Source: an uncultured Cytophagia bacterium
GTDB taxonomy: Bacteria > Zhuqueibacterota > Zhuqueibacteria > Residuimicrobiales > Krinioviventaceae
Direction: 5' to 3'
NCBI GenBank assembly: GCA_964414825.1
Contig: CAYPZM010000004.1
Coordinates: 1-37,490 of the forward strand
Length of the DNA: 37,490 nucleotides
A model generated the notes under the pieces. It was not told the DNA's origin. It saw only the letters and a program-made list of their open reading frames with translations, and did no database searches. A program made the position numbers and the translations under genes. Of this stretch, positions 14,792 through 24,757 are shown piece after piece (positions within the stretch are counted from its first letter, which is position 1; every line of letters starts with the position of its first letter).

Positions 14792-16195
14792 TCAGTAGGC
14801 GTTTTTGTTCACCAATCCTTTTATGATGGTCATGACAATAATACGTAAATCAAACCAAAAAGACCAGTTTTCGATGTAATACAAATCAAATTTTACGCGT
14901 CGTTCTATGGACGTGTCGCCGCGCAATCCATTTACCTGGGCCCAGCCGGTGAGTCCGGTTTTGACTTGATGGCGAATCATATATTCCGGGATGTTTTCGC
15001 GAAATTTTCTGGCAAAATGAGGACGTTCGGGCCGCGGCCCTACAACGCTCATATCGCCGCGCAGCACATTCCAAAATTGCGGCAGCTCGTCAAGCGAGGT
15101 ACGGCGCAAAAAACGGCCCAGCGGAGTGACGCGATTGTCGTTTGCAATCGTCCAGAGCGTATCGCTTTCCTTGAGCTTGCCATTGCGCATGGTGCGAAAT
15201 TTGTAAATGCGAAACGGGCGTCCCTGCGTGCCCAACCGTTTTTGCACAAAAAACACTGGCCCTCGCGACGTGAGCTTTATCAAAATGGTTATCATTAAAA
15301 ACAACGGGCTGATAAACATCAGCACAATCACACTAAACACCATATCAAACGCGCGTTTTAGATAAACGTACTGCCAGGTATCCACGGGATTGGAGCGCAC
15401 GCCAATGAGCGGAATGCCGTTCAGGTTCAACACCTTGGCTTTTGGATGAATGAATTGAAACAAATCCGGGATAATGTTCACCTCAATGCCGGTATATTCG
15501 CACTCGCGCACCACATCGGCAATGTGTTTGGATTCGTTCATTCCCAAAGCCACAACCACACGATCGACGAGTTGGGTTTCCAAAACTTTGCGAATATCGC
15601 AAACTTTGCCCATCACGCGGTAGGGCAGCTCTTCGAGGGTTTCCACCGTATCGTCCAGAAAACCGAGCACGCGATACCCGGTTTCGCGATGCGTGGAAAT
15701 TTCATAAGCAAATCGACGTCCTGTGGCGCCGGCTCCGATGATCAGCAAGTTGCGTTTATTAAATCCTTGCGCCCGGGCATTGGACAAGATCAATCGAAAC
15801 GAATGGTGCCAAAATCCAAGCACAAAAAAAGCCAGCGGCGTAAAAATACCGAGCATGAGCCGCGAGACGTCGAACGATTTGAACAAAAATCCAACCGACG
15901 TATACAGGAAAAATGTCAATAACAGGGCCGTGCCAATAATCCGCCAGTCGGCCCATGGAATCTGGATGCGCTTGGATTTGTACAGCCCCAACAACTCCGC
16001 CAACACCATCCACAACAACAGCACCAGCAACAGATTGGGCGTATAACGCGATAATGACGGAATCGTCTCAACATCAGCAAAAGTTGGAAAAAACGTAAAA
16101 CGCACCTTGTAGGCGATTAAGAAACAGATCGTTACAAGAAGCACATCCAACAGGCGCCACAACACATTGAGAAAACTCGAACGTTCACGTAGCAT
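14792..16195 (-). CDS. Undecaprenyl-phosphate sugar phosphotransferase (EPS priming enzyme, WbaP/WcaJ type)
   Basis: N-terminal TM helices, a central Rossmann-like domain, and a C-terminal bacterial sugar transferase domain: [45 protein letters not shown]...[22 protein letters not shown]. Confidence 0.9.
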   Translation of the reverse strand: MLRERSSFLNVLWRLLDVLLVTICFLIAYKVRFTFFPTFADVETIPSLSRYTPNLLLVLLLWMVLAELLGLYKSKRIQIPWADWRIIGTALLLTFFLYTSVGFLFKSFDVSRLMLGIFTPLAFFVLGFWHHSFRLILSNARAQGFNKRNLLIIGAGATGRRFAYEISTHRETGYRVLGFLDDTVETLEELPYRVMGKVCDIRKVLETQLVDRVVVALGMNESKHIADVVRECEYTGIEVNIIPDLFQFIHPKAKVLNLNGIPLIGVRSNPVDTWQYVYLKRAFDMVFSVIVLMFISPLFLMITILIKLTSRGPVFFVQKRLGTQGRPFRIYKFRTMRNGKLKESDTLWTIANDNRVTPLGRFLRRTSLDELPQFWNVLRGDMSVVGPRPERPHFARKFRENIPEYMIRHQVKTGLTGWAQVNGLRGDTSIERRVKFDLYYIENWSFWFDLRIIVMTIIKGLVNKNAY

Positions 16196-16206
16196 GCTGT
16201 GTCCCT

Positions 16207-17376
16207 TTAAAGAGAGGTGATTACGGCACGAAAGCGGTCTGCAATATGTGTGATGGGATAATTGGCCTCGGCGTAATGGCGCGCCTGTTGTCCCATGCGC
16301 ATACGCAGTTCCGGTTCTTGTTTGAGCTGCAATATTTTATGTGGAAGGGAAGTTTCTTCATCATTTGCTAACACCCAACCCGCGCCTATCTCTTCCGTTA
16401 ATGTAGCAGCATAATTAAATTTTGGCATCACCAACAACGATGGCCGCGCCGCGCAATAGGCAGACCACACTTTGGACGGCACACAAAATCGCCCTGCATT
16501 GGCGTGCAATAATGCAAGATGTACATCTCCGGTTGCTAAAATCTCGGGCAGGCGTTCGAAAGGTTGCAAAGGCAAAAGTAAAAGATTGTGCAGACCCAGT
16601 CGCGCTTTTTCCTGGCGCAGATGGGTCATGCCGACACCATCGGATATGACCAACAAGGTGATGTCCGTTTGATGTCGTAGATATTTAGCCGCATCGATCA
16701 CTATCTGCGGATTTTGTTTCATACCCAGCGTGCCGGAATAGAGGAGAACAAACTTGTCTTGCAAATCGTGTTGGCGACTAAATGTATTGTCCTTTGGCAA
16801 CACGGGCAGCGACTCGATGGGAGCCCAATTGCCGATCACATAAAAAGGACGCTCGATCTTCCATTCTTTCAACAGCTCTTGAAACTGCGGTGCAATACAA
16901 ATGATGGCATCGGACTCTGAAAGCAGGCGCCGCTCCAATCGGCGATAATGAAATCCTGCAACGCGGCCCAAAAGGCCCAGTTTCTCACTAAGAATGGTGT
17001 CCATGGCATCGCTCAGCACATCCTGCCACCAAAATACAAATCGAATACCGAGTGTACGGCAAGTTGCCAAAATTTGCCGTTGCGCTTCCAACGGCGTATT
17101 GGCGGACACCACGACATCCGGATGCAGCTCGCGCAATAGAGCGGCAACGCGCCGACCGTATTCGCGTTCCGCCCGCCAACGCTTGATAAAGTTAGCTTTG
17201 GCATTTGCCAGCTTTATATCCACAAAACAAACATTGCCGCCTTCTGAAAACGCACCTTGCGGACTGCCACTGGACGAGGAGTACACATGCGTCACGCGCT
17301 CGCCGCGGCGCAGCCATTCTCGACTCAGATCGATGGGAAAGGGGTAACCGCCATAGTCGTTGAGGAAGATGTGCAT
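16207..17376 (-). CDS. Glycosyltransferase family 4 (WcaI/WbuB-like)
   Basis: 389 aa. N-terminal MHIFLNDYGGYPF..L. C-terminal GT-B donor-binding region (FVLLYSGTLGMKQNP...ATGDVHLALL). Lies between the priming transferase and another GT4 with 3- and 11-nt gaps. Confidence 0.8.
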   Translation of the reverse strand: MHIFLNDYGGYPFPIDLSREWLRRGERVTHVYSSSSGSPQGAFSEGGNVCFVDIKLANAKANFIKRWRAEREYGRRVAALLRELHPDVVVSANTPLEAQRQILATCRTLGIRFVFWWQDVLSDAMDTILSEKLGLLGRVAGFHYRRLERRLLSESDAIICIAPQFQELLKEWKIERPFYVIGNWAPIESLPVLPKDNTFSRQHDLQDKFVLLYSGTLGMKQNPQIVIDAAKYLRHQTDITLLVISDGVGMTHLRQEKARLGLHNLLLLPLQPFERLPEILATGDVHLALLHANAGRFCVPSKVWSAYCAARPSLLVMPKFNYAATLTEEIGAGWVLANDEETSLPHKILQLKQEPELRMRMGQQARHYAEANYPITHIADRFRAVITSL

Positions 17377-17379
17377 ATT

Positions 17380-18564
17380 TTAATCGCTGTAAAAAGACCG
17401 GTAAAGATGTTGATAACGCTCCCCTAATAGATCGAGGTGATAGTTTTCCCGCATGTTGCGGTGCATCTCGTCACGATTCCACTTGTCAAGGAGGTTGTAA
17501 ATGTCTTGCATGAGCAGCTCAGGATGGTCAGAGTCGAATAGTTTGCCGAATTTTACATTTTCCCGAAAAACCGGGATATCACGGGCCAGTATCGGTACAC
17601 CGCAAGCTTGCGCTTCAATATTGGTTTTCCCAAAGGTTTCGGAACGAGAAAAATTTAAAAATAGATCAAAGGTATTAAACAAACGAGCCAATTGACGTGA
17701 ATTGGATACAAAAGAACTATAGGCGACAAATGAAAAGTGCCGCAGCCTCGTTCTCAAAGGTGTTGTCAATTCGCCCACAATCGTTATGGTAATTTGCCGT
17801 TGCTTTGTACGATCAAGATACTCGATCAAATTTAGTAATGTATCAAACCCCTTGTTAGTAAAATCGCTTTTTGCGACCACAAATCCAAGATTGATATTTT
17901 CGCTTCGATCTTTTTTAATAGGTCTGAAGGTATTGCAATCGATCCCTGGAGGTATAATATAAATTTCTTTGTCCTTTAAAAAGCTTTTTTTTAACTGATG
18001 GGCCATGAATTGGGAAAGCGCCACTACTTTGAGGTGGTTGAGCTCGGAAAAAGCATCTCGCTTTATCTCGAATAATTTGGAGGAACGATCCAAAAGCGTC
18101 GATGGATAGGTTTTTAAATTGGGACATGTTGCGCAATGCGACTGCCATTTTTCGCAATGCACGGGAATGCTGCAGCGACCGGTTATGGGCCAATAATCAT
18201 GTACCGTCAGGACAATTTGTTTGTCCGTTACGGATTCGAGCGATCGGATATCAAAGTAATAGCCCTGCAGATGGTGCAGGTGAAGAATATCAAATGATGG
18301 TGCAAGTTTATTAAATGTTCTAGTCCAGAACGGAGCGTAGATGCTATCAAAACCCAAAATTTTGGTTTTGAGCGCGTTAAAATAAATGGCAGCAGGCGGG
18401 AATTGGCTGTAAATTTGATTATTAACATTAATAAACTCTCGCGGGCACCACAAAAACGATTCGAATTCCTTCGTTTGATTTATGGCATTATGAATGGCGA
18501 GAACATGATTTCCCGTTCCGCCTTTGGTCAGGTTTGAAGTGATCCGTAGAACGCGTTTAGCCAT
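17380..18564 (-). CDS. Glycosyltransferase family 4
   Basis: MAKRVLRITSNLTKGGTGNHV is a typical GT4 N-terminus. C-terminal motif SRSETFGKTNIEAQACGVPILA (E..7..E region). ATG 18564 overlaps the GT9 stop as ATGGCTAA. The track start (GTG 18600) lies well inside the GT9 gene. Confidence 0.75.
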   Translation of the reverse strand: MAKRVLRITSNLTKGGTGNHVLAIHNAINQTKEFESFLWCPREFINVNNQIYSQFPPAAIYFNALKTKILGFDSIYAPFWTRTFNKLAPSFDILHLHHLQGYYFDIRSLESVTDKQIVLTVHDYWPITGRCSIPVHCEKWQSHCATCPNLKTYPSTLLDRSSKLFEIKRDAFSELNHLKVVALSQFMAHQLKKSFLKDKEIYIIPPGIDCNTFRPIKKDRSENINLGFVVAKSDFTNKGFDTLLNLIEYLDRTKQRQITITIVGELTTPLRTRLRHFSFVAYSSFVSNSRQLARLFNTFDLFLNFSRSETFGKTNIEAQACGVPILARDIPVFRENVKFGKLFDSDHPELLMQDIYNLLDKWNRDEMHRNMRENYHLDLLGERYQHLYRSFYSD

Positions 18565-19627
18565 AAGCCCGAATGCTATTGATGTGCTGTTGGACGGCAC
18601 GCAGAACCCGAGCCGTGCTAATTTTTTTTAAACAAGTGATATGCCAGCAGCTTGTTTGTTTGCATAATTCGCAGTCGACCGATTCTCGAAGAACGGTATG
18701 GCCTTCTCCGAACGGATACCACTTGCCCGGAATATCGCGTGCGGAAAATATCGCCACACAAGGCGTACCCACTGCGGCAGCGAGGTGCATAGTTCCAGTA
18801 TCGTTTCCCACATACAGATCACAGCGTCGCAGCAGCACGGCCGACTCGCGCACGCTTAATGCACCGGCGGCGTTCAAGCCTCTCCCCCATCGTTGTACAA
18901 GCGTGTTTCCGCATTCTGCATCTTCGTTGCCTCCCAGGATAATTGGGAAAATAGAATGTTCGTTCATCAGACGTTTGCCAACTTTATAAAATCGGCTCAA
19001 CGGCCACTGTTTGGACTGCATTTTTGAGCCGGGGCCAAAACCAATAATGAGAGTATCTTTAGGCAAGCCGCCAGCCTGACGCAGCCATTTTTTCACACGT
19101 GTTTGCTCTTGCTCTCCCAATTGCAAATCCATAGATGGATCTCGGGTGGAAATTCTATCCAGCTTGAGGCGATATAAGATAGCTTGATATTCTGGTGTAT
19201 CTTCGGAATGGCCGCTATTCACGCGCTCGAATCCATGAAATCCCCACGGATTTTTAATTCCTAAAAGTTTAAAGTAGATGTAATCTCTGCGAATCTGGAT
19301 TTCAGTACGATTGGACGGCACAAGATAAGCCACCGCATTAAAACGCTTCAGCATTAAAAATGGAAGCAGCAGGAGCATGGCACCAAAATGGACAATCTTG
19401 GGGCCTTGAGCGAGTTTGTAAAAAAAGAAACAGCGTGTGAAAAAATTTGTATTTTTAAATATTTCCGTAGAGGGAGTAAAGGATTGCCCGACAACTTTAT
19501 CACTTAACAAATAAAAAGAGGCTTGAGGAAACGCCTCGCGCAGCGCCCACAGTGACGGCACGACCATTAACGTATCGCCAATGTGACCGATGTGAAAGAT
19601 CAATATCCGTTTGGGGCGGTCGCTCAA
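18557..19627 (-). CDS. Glycosyltransferase family 9 (heptosyltransferase-like)
   Basis: RILIFHIGHIGDTLMVVPSLWALREAFPQASFYLLSD and CDLYVGNDTGTMHLAAAVGTPCVAIFS are classic GT9 motifs. The preferred start is TTG 19627, with AAGGAG 8 nt upstream and overlapping the sulfotransferase stop (TTGA). The track start TTG 19648 is the alternative. Confidence 0.8.
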   Translation of the reverse strand: MSDRPKRILIFHIGHIGDTLMVVPSLWALREAFPQASFYLLSDKVVGQSFTPSTEIFKNTNFFTRCFFFYKLAQGPKIVHFGAMLLLLPFLMLKRFNAVAYLVPSNRTEIQIRRDYIYFKLLGIKNPWGFHGFERVNSGHSEDTPEYQAILYRLKLDRISTRDPSMDLQLGEQEQTRVKKWLRQAGGLPKDTLIIGFGPGSKMQSKQWPLSRFYKVGKRLMNEHSIFPIILGGNEDAECGNTLVQRWGRGLNAAGALSVRESAVLLRRCDLYVGNDTGTMHLAAAVGTPCVAIFSARDIPGKWYPFGEGHTVLRESVDCELCKQTSCWHITCLKKISTARVLRAVQQHINSIRAYG

Positions 19628-20412
19628 TCTGCCAGCTCCTTGTGCCAACCTTCTTTCGCATAGCTCAATCGAACCAATGTCTCACCCGCGAGTTGATGAA
19701 AAAGCTCCGCACCCTCCCGGTCAAAATAGTTCTGCCAATCCCCAATGATGCCTTTGCGTTTGTTGGAAGTCACATCTTCTTTTCCTTTTTGCCGACGGGT
19801 TTGTTTTTCAAAGGAAAATTTTCTCACCGTATATTGCAGCAGCTCGTCATCAATAGGCTCGGAGGTTAATTTTTGGAGCAACGAGGTAAGGGCAGCCGCA
19901 GCATCTCGATTAAAATCTTCATAGCGAACGAGAATCACATTTTTGTTAAAGGCCCATTCATTTACATGATCTGGCCAATTCTGCCGACAACCTACAGGAT
20001 GTTTAAACCATTCAGCGAGAAATTCCGAAAAATTGGTTTTTGGATCATCCTTTGTTTTGAGCAAAGACGGGAACCGTTTTGCATAGTACGAGTCGGACGA
20101 AATACGTTTTAAAGCATAAAACATCATGGACACTGCGACATCGCGACCATCTCGAACGACGTAAATCGGTTTCGAATAGCGGCGATCAAATTTCCAGTGA
20201 TTGTGCAATATGCTTTGACAGGCAACGGGCAACAGGCTGTTTTTGGGAAAGGGGATTTGCAAATAATCAGACAAAACATGGGCGATCCAGGTGCCGCCGG
20301 AGCGCGGGTATTCGGTTACGTAATAAAAGGGAAACGTTTCGCCGTAGTGCAGCGCCAAAATGCGAGTGCCATGATTGGAGACACGTTTTAACTGCAACTG
20401 GAGTCTAGACAT
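19624..20412 (-). CDS. PAPS-dependent sulfotransferase (Sulfotransfer_1 type)
   Basis: All three canonical signatures are present: the 5'-phosphosulfate loop YPRSGGTW, the 3'-phosphate motif VVRDGRDVAVS, and the C-terminal RKGIIGDWQNYF. ATG 20412 overlaps the upstream stop as ATGTCTAG. Confidence 0.85.
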   Translation of the reverse strand: MSRLQLQLKRVSNHGTRILALHYGETFPFYYVTEYPRSGGTWIAHVLSDYLQIPFPKNSLLPVACQSILHNHWKFDRRYSKPIYVVRDGRDVAVSMMFYALKRISSDSYYAKRFPSLLKTKDDPKTNFSEFLAEWFKHPVGCRQNWPDHVNEWAFNKNVILVRYEDFNRDAAAALTSLLQKLTSEPIDDELLQYTVRKFSFEKQTRRQKGKEDVTSNKRKGIIGDWQNYFDREGAELFHQLAGETLVRLSYAKEGWHKELAD

Positions 20413-21913
20413 CGGTCACATATTTCTTTTTGAGCGCGCCATTAAACACTTTGAAGGATTGAATAAACAAGAGAAGCAAAATTACCAAAACCGGAAACTC
20501 GCGCAAAAGCCGATACACATATTGCGTATGCGTCCATTGTTGGATGTTTATGAGCAGCGGCACAAGAAAAAATATTGCATACACATTCTGGTAGAGATTC
20601 GAGCCGATTTTTTTCAATATTAAAAACAAAAGAATAAAAATATATAGCGGAATAAATAGCACGCCAATCCAGCCTAATCCGGCGTAGGCATGACCTAGTA
20701 GCGGCACGGTGGGAAAACCGATGACGCCATATCGCCGTAGCCCCAGCTCCCAGGTGATCTGATCGGCTTGCGAAATGGTGGACTTTTGCGGATAGAGAAT
20801 TCCGGGCAGTAATTTTTCATAACCATCCACTATTACGCTGGCGCCCAAGGTGTGTTGATCCTCGACACTATCGACAATCAAATCGGTGTGTTGTACTGTG
20901 GCAAAGCGATCAATAAAAAACAGGCTATTGCCAAAATAGGCGTATTCATAGCTGGTTCGCTGGGTGCTCAGCAATTTATTCAAATAATTTTCCAGTTGGG
21001 ACGGTTGAAGCACTTCGCGCCAGTTATCGCGCAAAAACTCGATTCGCTTATCAAAGCTCAAAAACCATAATTGCGTTCGAAAGGTGTGCACAATGGGGCC
21101 AAACACAAAAAAGGCAAACAACACAAACACGACAAAGGTAATAATTTGTGATTTGGTAAAATAGCGTCGAAAATAAAAAGAGGCCAAATAATAGCTGAGA
21201 AACGTGTACCCCAACTCCAGCTTGCGGCTCTCAACAATCCCAATGAGAATACCAACACCCAACAACACAATAATCCAAATATTGATGCTTTTTTTGCCTT
21301 TCGTAGAAAGGATTACGTGCGCCGTCGCTGCAATTATGGACATGTAAAAAATCGGCACCATCGACGCAAACCCACCAAAACTCACATCTTCGCTGTAGTA
21401 AATATCTCTTCGATTGATCAAAAACTTTTGGTTCAAAAGCCAGAAGAAGATTCCAAACACAAAGCAGATAATGGCCAGGTATTTCAAAAAGTCCAGGTTC
21501 TGAGTCGGCTTGAATAACGGTCTTCCAACAGGAGTCAATTTCACAATATACAACGCAAGCAGCAGCTCAATTGCGCCCAAAAGCACAATGATAAAACTTG
21601 TAGTCGGTTGAAACAAATTACTTTCAAGCGGCTGCAAAAGTGCTGTTTTTAAAACCATAGCAAACGTGACCGTATTAAAAACAAAAAAGAATCCCACAAT
21701 GCTCAGGCTATCACGATAGCCGCCATTGAGGAGCACAATCACACTTATGGTTACACTCAAGAGCGCGGTTAAAACAATAAACGGATTGGCGCCAAAGGCA
21801 AGCTGGATAAAAAAGATGCAAAACACCACCCCCATAAGCAGCAGCGTGTTTTTGCGATCCTGGCTTTGCAGTCGTTCGAGCGAATTCCATGCTTTTATAG
21901 TACGAGTTGTCAC
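20405..21913 (-). CDS. Polytopic membrane protein, probable Wzy-type EPS polymerase (O-antigen ligase-like)
   Basis: 502 aa with ~12 hydrophobic segments and one large hydrophilic loop (RIEFLRDNW...ITWELGLRRYG). AT-rich. Sits immediately after wzx. Assigned by position and topology only. GTG start at 21913. Confidence 0.55.
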   Translation of the reverse strand: MTTRTIKAWNSLERLQSQDRKNTLLLMGVVFCIFFIQLAFGANPFIVLTALLSVTISVIVLLNGGYRDSLSIVGFFFVFNTVTFAMVLKTALLQPLESNLFQPTTSFIIVLLGAIELLLALYIVKLTPVGRPLFKPTQNLDFLKYLAIICFVFGIFFWLLNQKFLINRRDIYYSEDVSFGGFASMVPIFYMSIIAATAHVILSTKGKKSINIWIIVLLGVGILIGIVESRKLELGYTFLSYYLASFYFRRYFTKSQIITFVVFVLFAFFVFGPIVHTFRTQLWFLSFDKRIEFLRDNWREVLQPSQLENYLNKLLSTQRTSYEYAYFGNSLFFIDRFATVQHTDLIVDSVEDQHTLGASVIVDGYEKLLPGILYPQKSTISQADQITWELGLRRYGVIGFPTVPLLGHAYAGLGWIGVLFIPLYIFILLFLILKKIGSNLYQNVYAIFFLVPLLINIQQWTHTQYVYRLLREFPVLVILLLLFIQSFKVFNGALKKKYVTDV

Positions 21914-21921
21914 AGTGTCGC

Positions 21922-23280
21922 CTATGGAGATTTACTTATAAGAGACGTTATAGACGGATTCAATTTTACAGTTTTCAAGTTAAGGACTAGCAAACAGATA
22001 TTCCAAAACACCATTGAGATGGTTGATGCCAGAGCCGCACCCATTGCGCCCCATTTGGGGATAAGCAAAAAGCTGCAAGCGATGGAGATAAGTACGGCTA
22101 TCGCCATTATTTTTGCAGTCAAATTTTGGTATCCGGTTAAATTGAGCAAATACGATGCCGGTCCCATCAGTGATTTTGTAGCATGACCCACAACAAGCAC
22201 GAGCAAAACCACGTATCCCGCAATAAATTCTTTTCCAAACAAACCAAGTATCCATTTGCCAAAAACGATAATTACTACAGAAGAAAACAGGGTAAATCCA
22301 AATAAAATCTTTGATGCAAATGTCAACAATGACTGCAGCTCTTGCCGTTTTCCGGAATAGTAAAACTCGCTAATCATGGGCGCCGCTATGGAATTGACCG
22401 CCAGCAAAATAAAGCCAATTAGAATGATAATTCTGGATGCCGCCGAAAAAATGGCTACGCTTTCAGCACTATCATAAAATCCTAAAATCACAATGGCGGA
22501 TTGGTTCAGAATAATATTCATACTGTTCATCAGCAACATGGGCCAGGAGATGCTTAGCCACGCTTTTTTTTCATAATCGGAAGGATATTTTTTTAGCGAA
22601 TTTGGTAATTTTTCCACCAACAGAAAAGTGCCCACAACAAATGAGATCACCACAGCAATGAGTTGAGCAATCCATGCGTCGCGAGCATCGAACGGCGCAA
22701 CATAGTTAAAAGAAAAATAAATGACCAGGATTAGAATCAAAGGCCGAATGATGCCTTCGGGCAATTCCGCTCTTACGACATGTTTCAAACCTCGTAAACA
22801 CGATTGTCGTATCGCAGTTAGCGAAAAAAACGGTAACACCAACAACATAATAAAAAATGGTTTTACGATTTCAGATGAAATGGATGATCGCAAGAGATAT
22901 AAAACAATAGCCGCAATCAGCGAGATAACAATTGAGGCCAACAAAACGGTAGAAAATGAAAAATTAATGATCCCGCGAAATTTGGACCATTCGGAATGGA
23001 CTTTATATTCCGGCACAAACCGGAGCAACGAGGTTTCGAAACCGAGCTTGGCAAAAATGGAGAGGATGGTCATCCAGCTCAAAGCATAGGCGTAAATGCC
23101 ATAGTCCTTCGGCCCCAGTTTGCGTGCCAGAACAACTTGAGCGAAAAACAGCAAAGCAAAGCCAACTCCTTTGATAACAAACGAACCCGTGGACGCTTTG
23201 AGAAAAAATCGAAGAGAGGAGTCGGGCAAGTGATGTGAAATGAAGCGTCGCCAGGAAAGCGCGGATTTTAACTTTATCAT
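21922..23280 (-). CDS. wzx: Wzx-type oligosaccharide flippase (MOP superfamily polysaccharide biosynthesis protein)
   Basis: 452 aa with 12-14 predicted TM helices. N-terminal region GSFVIKGVGFALLFFAQVVLARKLGPKDYGIYAYALSW is typical of the polysaccharide-biosynthesis (Wzx/RfbX) family. ATG 23280. Confidence 0.75.
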   Translation of the reverse strand: MIKLKSALSWRRFISHHLPDSSLRFFLKASTGSFVIKGVGFALLFFAQVVLARKLGPKDYGIYAYALSWMTILSIFAKLGFETSLLRFVPEYKVHSEWSKFRGIINFSFSTVLLASIVISLIAAIVLYLLRSSISSEIVKPFFIMLLVLPFFSLTAIRQSCLRGLKHVVRAELPEGIIRPLILILVIYFSFNYVAPFDARDAWIAQLIAVVISFVVGTFLLVEKLPNSLKKYPSDYEKKAWLSISWPMLLMNSMNIILNQSAIVILGFYDSAESVAIFSAASRIIILIGFILLAVNSIAAPMISEFYYSGKRQELQSLLTFASKILFGFTLFSSVVIIVFGKWILGLFGKEFIAGYVVLLVLVVGHATKSLMGPASYLLNLTGYQNLTAKIMAIAVLISIACSFLLIPKWGAMGAALASTISMVFWNICLLVLNLKTVKLNPSITSLISKSP

Positions 23281-23301
23281 TTTATCCCATCACCCAAACA
23301 C

Positions 23302-24717
23302 TTAACGCGGATACGCATCGTTTATGGGCGACTCGAGAATAGGCGCAATGAGAATATGCCAATTTTCTTCCACTTCGCCTTCTCGAACTTTTCTGTCATC
23401 TTTATTTTTGCGCGTCGCGTCGTACTCGGACAGTCCGCCCCAGTAATTATGGGTGGCGTCAATATCCAAATAATAAAACAAACTGCGCGAATAGGCATAC
23501 AGCGCAAACAAATCACCAGGTTGAGAAAAGTTGTTATAATTGATAATGGGCGTCGAGGCGTGATGCATTTCTACCAAATGTTGCGCGCAGTTTTCGACCG
23601 TATTTTTTGTTAAAGTATAAATTGCCTCGCGTTCAAACGTAAAATTGTAAACACCAATATCGCAGTTGGCAATATAATTGTACGTCACATCACCAACTCC
23701 GCCGTAAACAATGCTCATACCTTTGGCGCAATCATAAAAGCAGTTATCGGAAATAGTGACCTCGCAAGCATTATTGGTCACACCCACGGATTCATCATTA
23801 AATTGAAGATCATAAAATAAACTGTGATGAACCGTTCCCTCGGAAATACTTTCCACAGAAATTCCAAAGCGGCTTTTAAGAAAGTGACTGTTTGTAATTT
23901 CAAACTGACATTCCTGCGTTAAAAATATGCCAACCGAGCTGATGTTTTCAAACTGGCAGTGGCTCAAATTCAACGATGCACTTTTAACCGTAATGGCATC
24001 AGTCGCATTGTTAAACCTGACCCAACTGAGCACGCCGTTGCCATTCAGGTCTACCCCTAACCAGCTACGCAGCGATTCAACATCATTCACATCGTTTGAG
24101 GTAAAATAGATCATATCCCTTGAAGTTCCAAAGCAGTTTAATTGTCCCTCGCAGCGAATGCGTTGTTTTCCGGTAAATCGAATCGTAGCCCCTTTGTCAA
24201 TCAGCAATGTGCTTCCCTTGGGCACCGTCACATCGCCGGTAACGATAACATGTTGAAACGCCGGCCACTCTGTATAAATATCCAGCACACCAGCAACTCG
24301 AATTTCGGGAAATAGGGTGATGGAGGACAAATCCTGGGTGTCGGAGATATCATAAATAGTGCGCCAGCCATAACCGTTTTTTTCTACAACCACGTTGTAG
24401 TCGCCCTGCGGAATATCGACAAATTCATAATAGCCTTCCGCATCGGTTTTGGCGGTAAACGCGGGCTCGTGCAAGCGGTGGTCGAACAATGCGGACTGAG
24501 TCAGTTCAAATCCAACCGTGGGAAACTGTTGTTGCAAACGCTGCAAGGTCGTGTCAACGTCCACGGTGTGGTATAGCGAGACGGAAATATCAGAGCTCTC
24601 GGTGCCTCCCTGAATGTGGGCGCTCCCGGAAATCGTCATCGTTTGCGGTTGTGTGAGCTGACGTGTGCAGGAGAGCCACAGCAACATCAACAAAAGAAGA
24701 GCAAATTTTCTAAACAT
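23302..24717 (-). CDS. Secreted/lipoprotein with CarboxypepD_reg-like domain and right-handed parallel beta-helix repeats
   Basis: Signal peptide MFRKFALLLLMLLWLSC (Cys candidate lipidation site). DAEGYYEFVDIPQGDYNVVVEKNGYGW is a carboxypeptidase-regulatory-like fold. It is followed by repeated ~22-aa N/G/I-rich units (ITNSHFLKSRFGISV, VTISDNCFYDCAKGMSIV, YNYIANCDIGVYN), consistent with PbH1 repeats. AGGAGA lies 6 nt before ATG 24717. Confidence 0.7.
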   Translation of the reverse strand: MFRKFALLLLMLLWLSCTRQLTQPQTMTISGSAHIQGGTESSDISVSLYHTVDVDTTLQRLQQQFPTVGFELTQSALFDHRLHEPAFTAKTDAEGYYEFVDIPQGDYNVVVEKNGYGWRTIYDISDTQDLSSITLFPEIRVAGVLDIYTEWPAFQHVIVTGDVTVPKGSTLLIDKGATIRFTGKQRIRCEGQLNCFGTSRDMIYFTSNDVNDVESLRSWLGVDLNGNGVLSWVRFNNATDAITVKSASLNLSHCQFENISSVGIFLTQECQFEITNSHFLKSRFGISVESISEGTVHHSLFYDLQFNDESVGVTNNACEVTISDNCFYDCAKGMSIVYGGVGDVTYNYIANCDIGVYNFTFEREAIYTLTKNTVENCAQHLVEMHHASTPIINYNNFSQPGDLFALYAYSRSLFYYLDIDATHNYWGGLSEYDATRKNKDDRKVREGEVEENWHILIAPILESPINDAYPR

Positions 24718-24757
24718 GAAACGTCTCCTGAGAATTGCAAGGTGTCCTTGATCGGAC

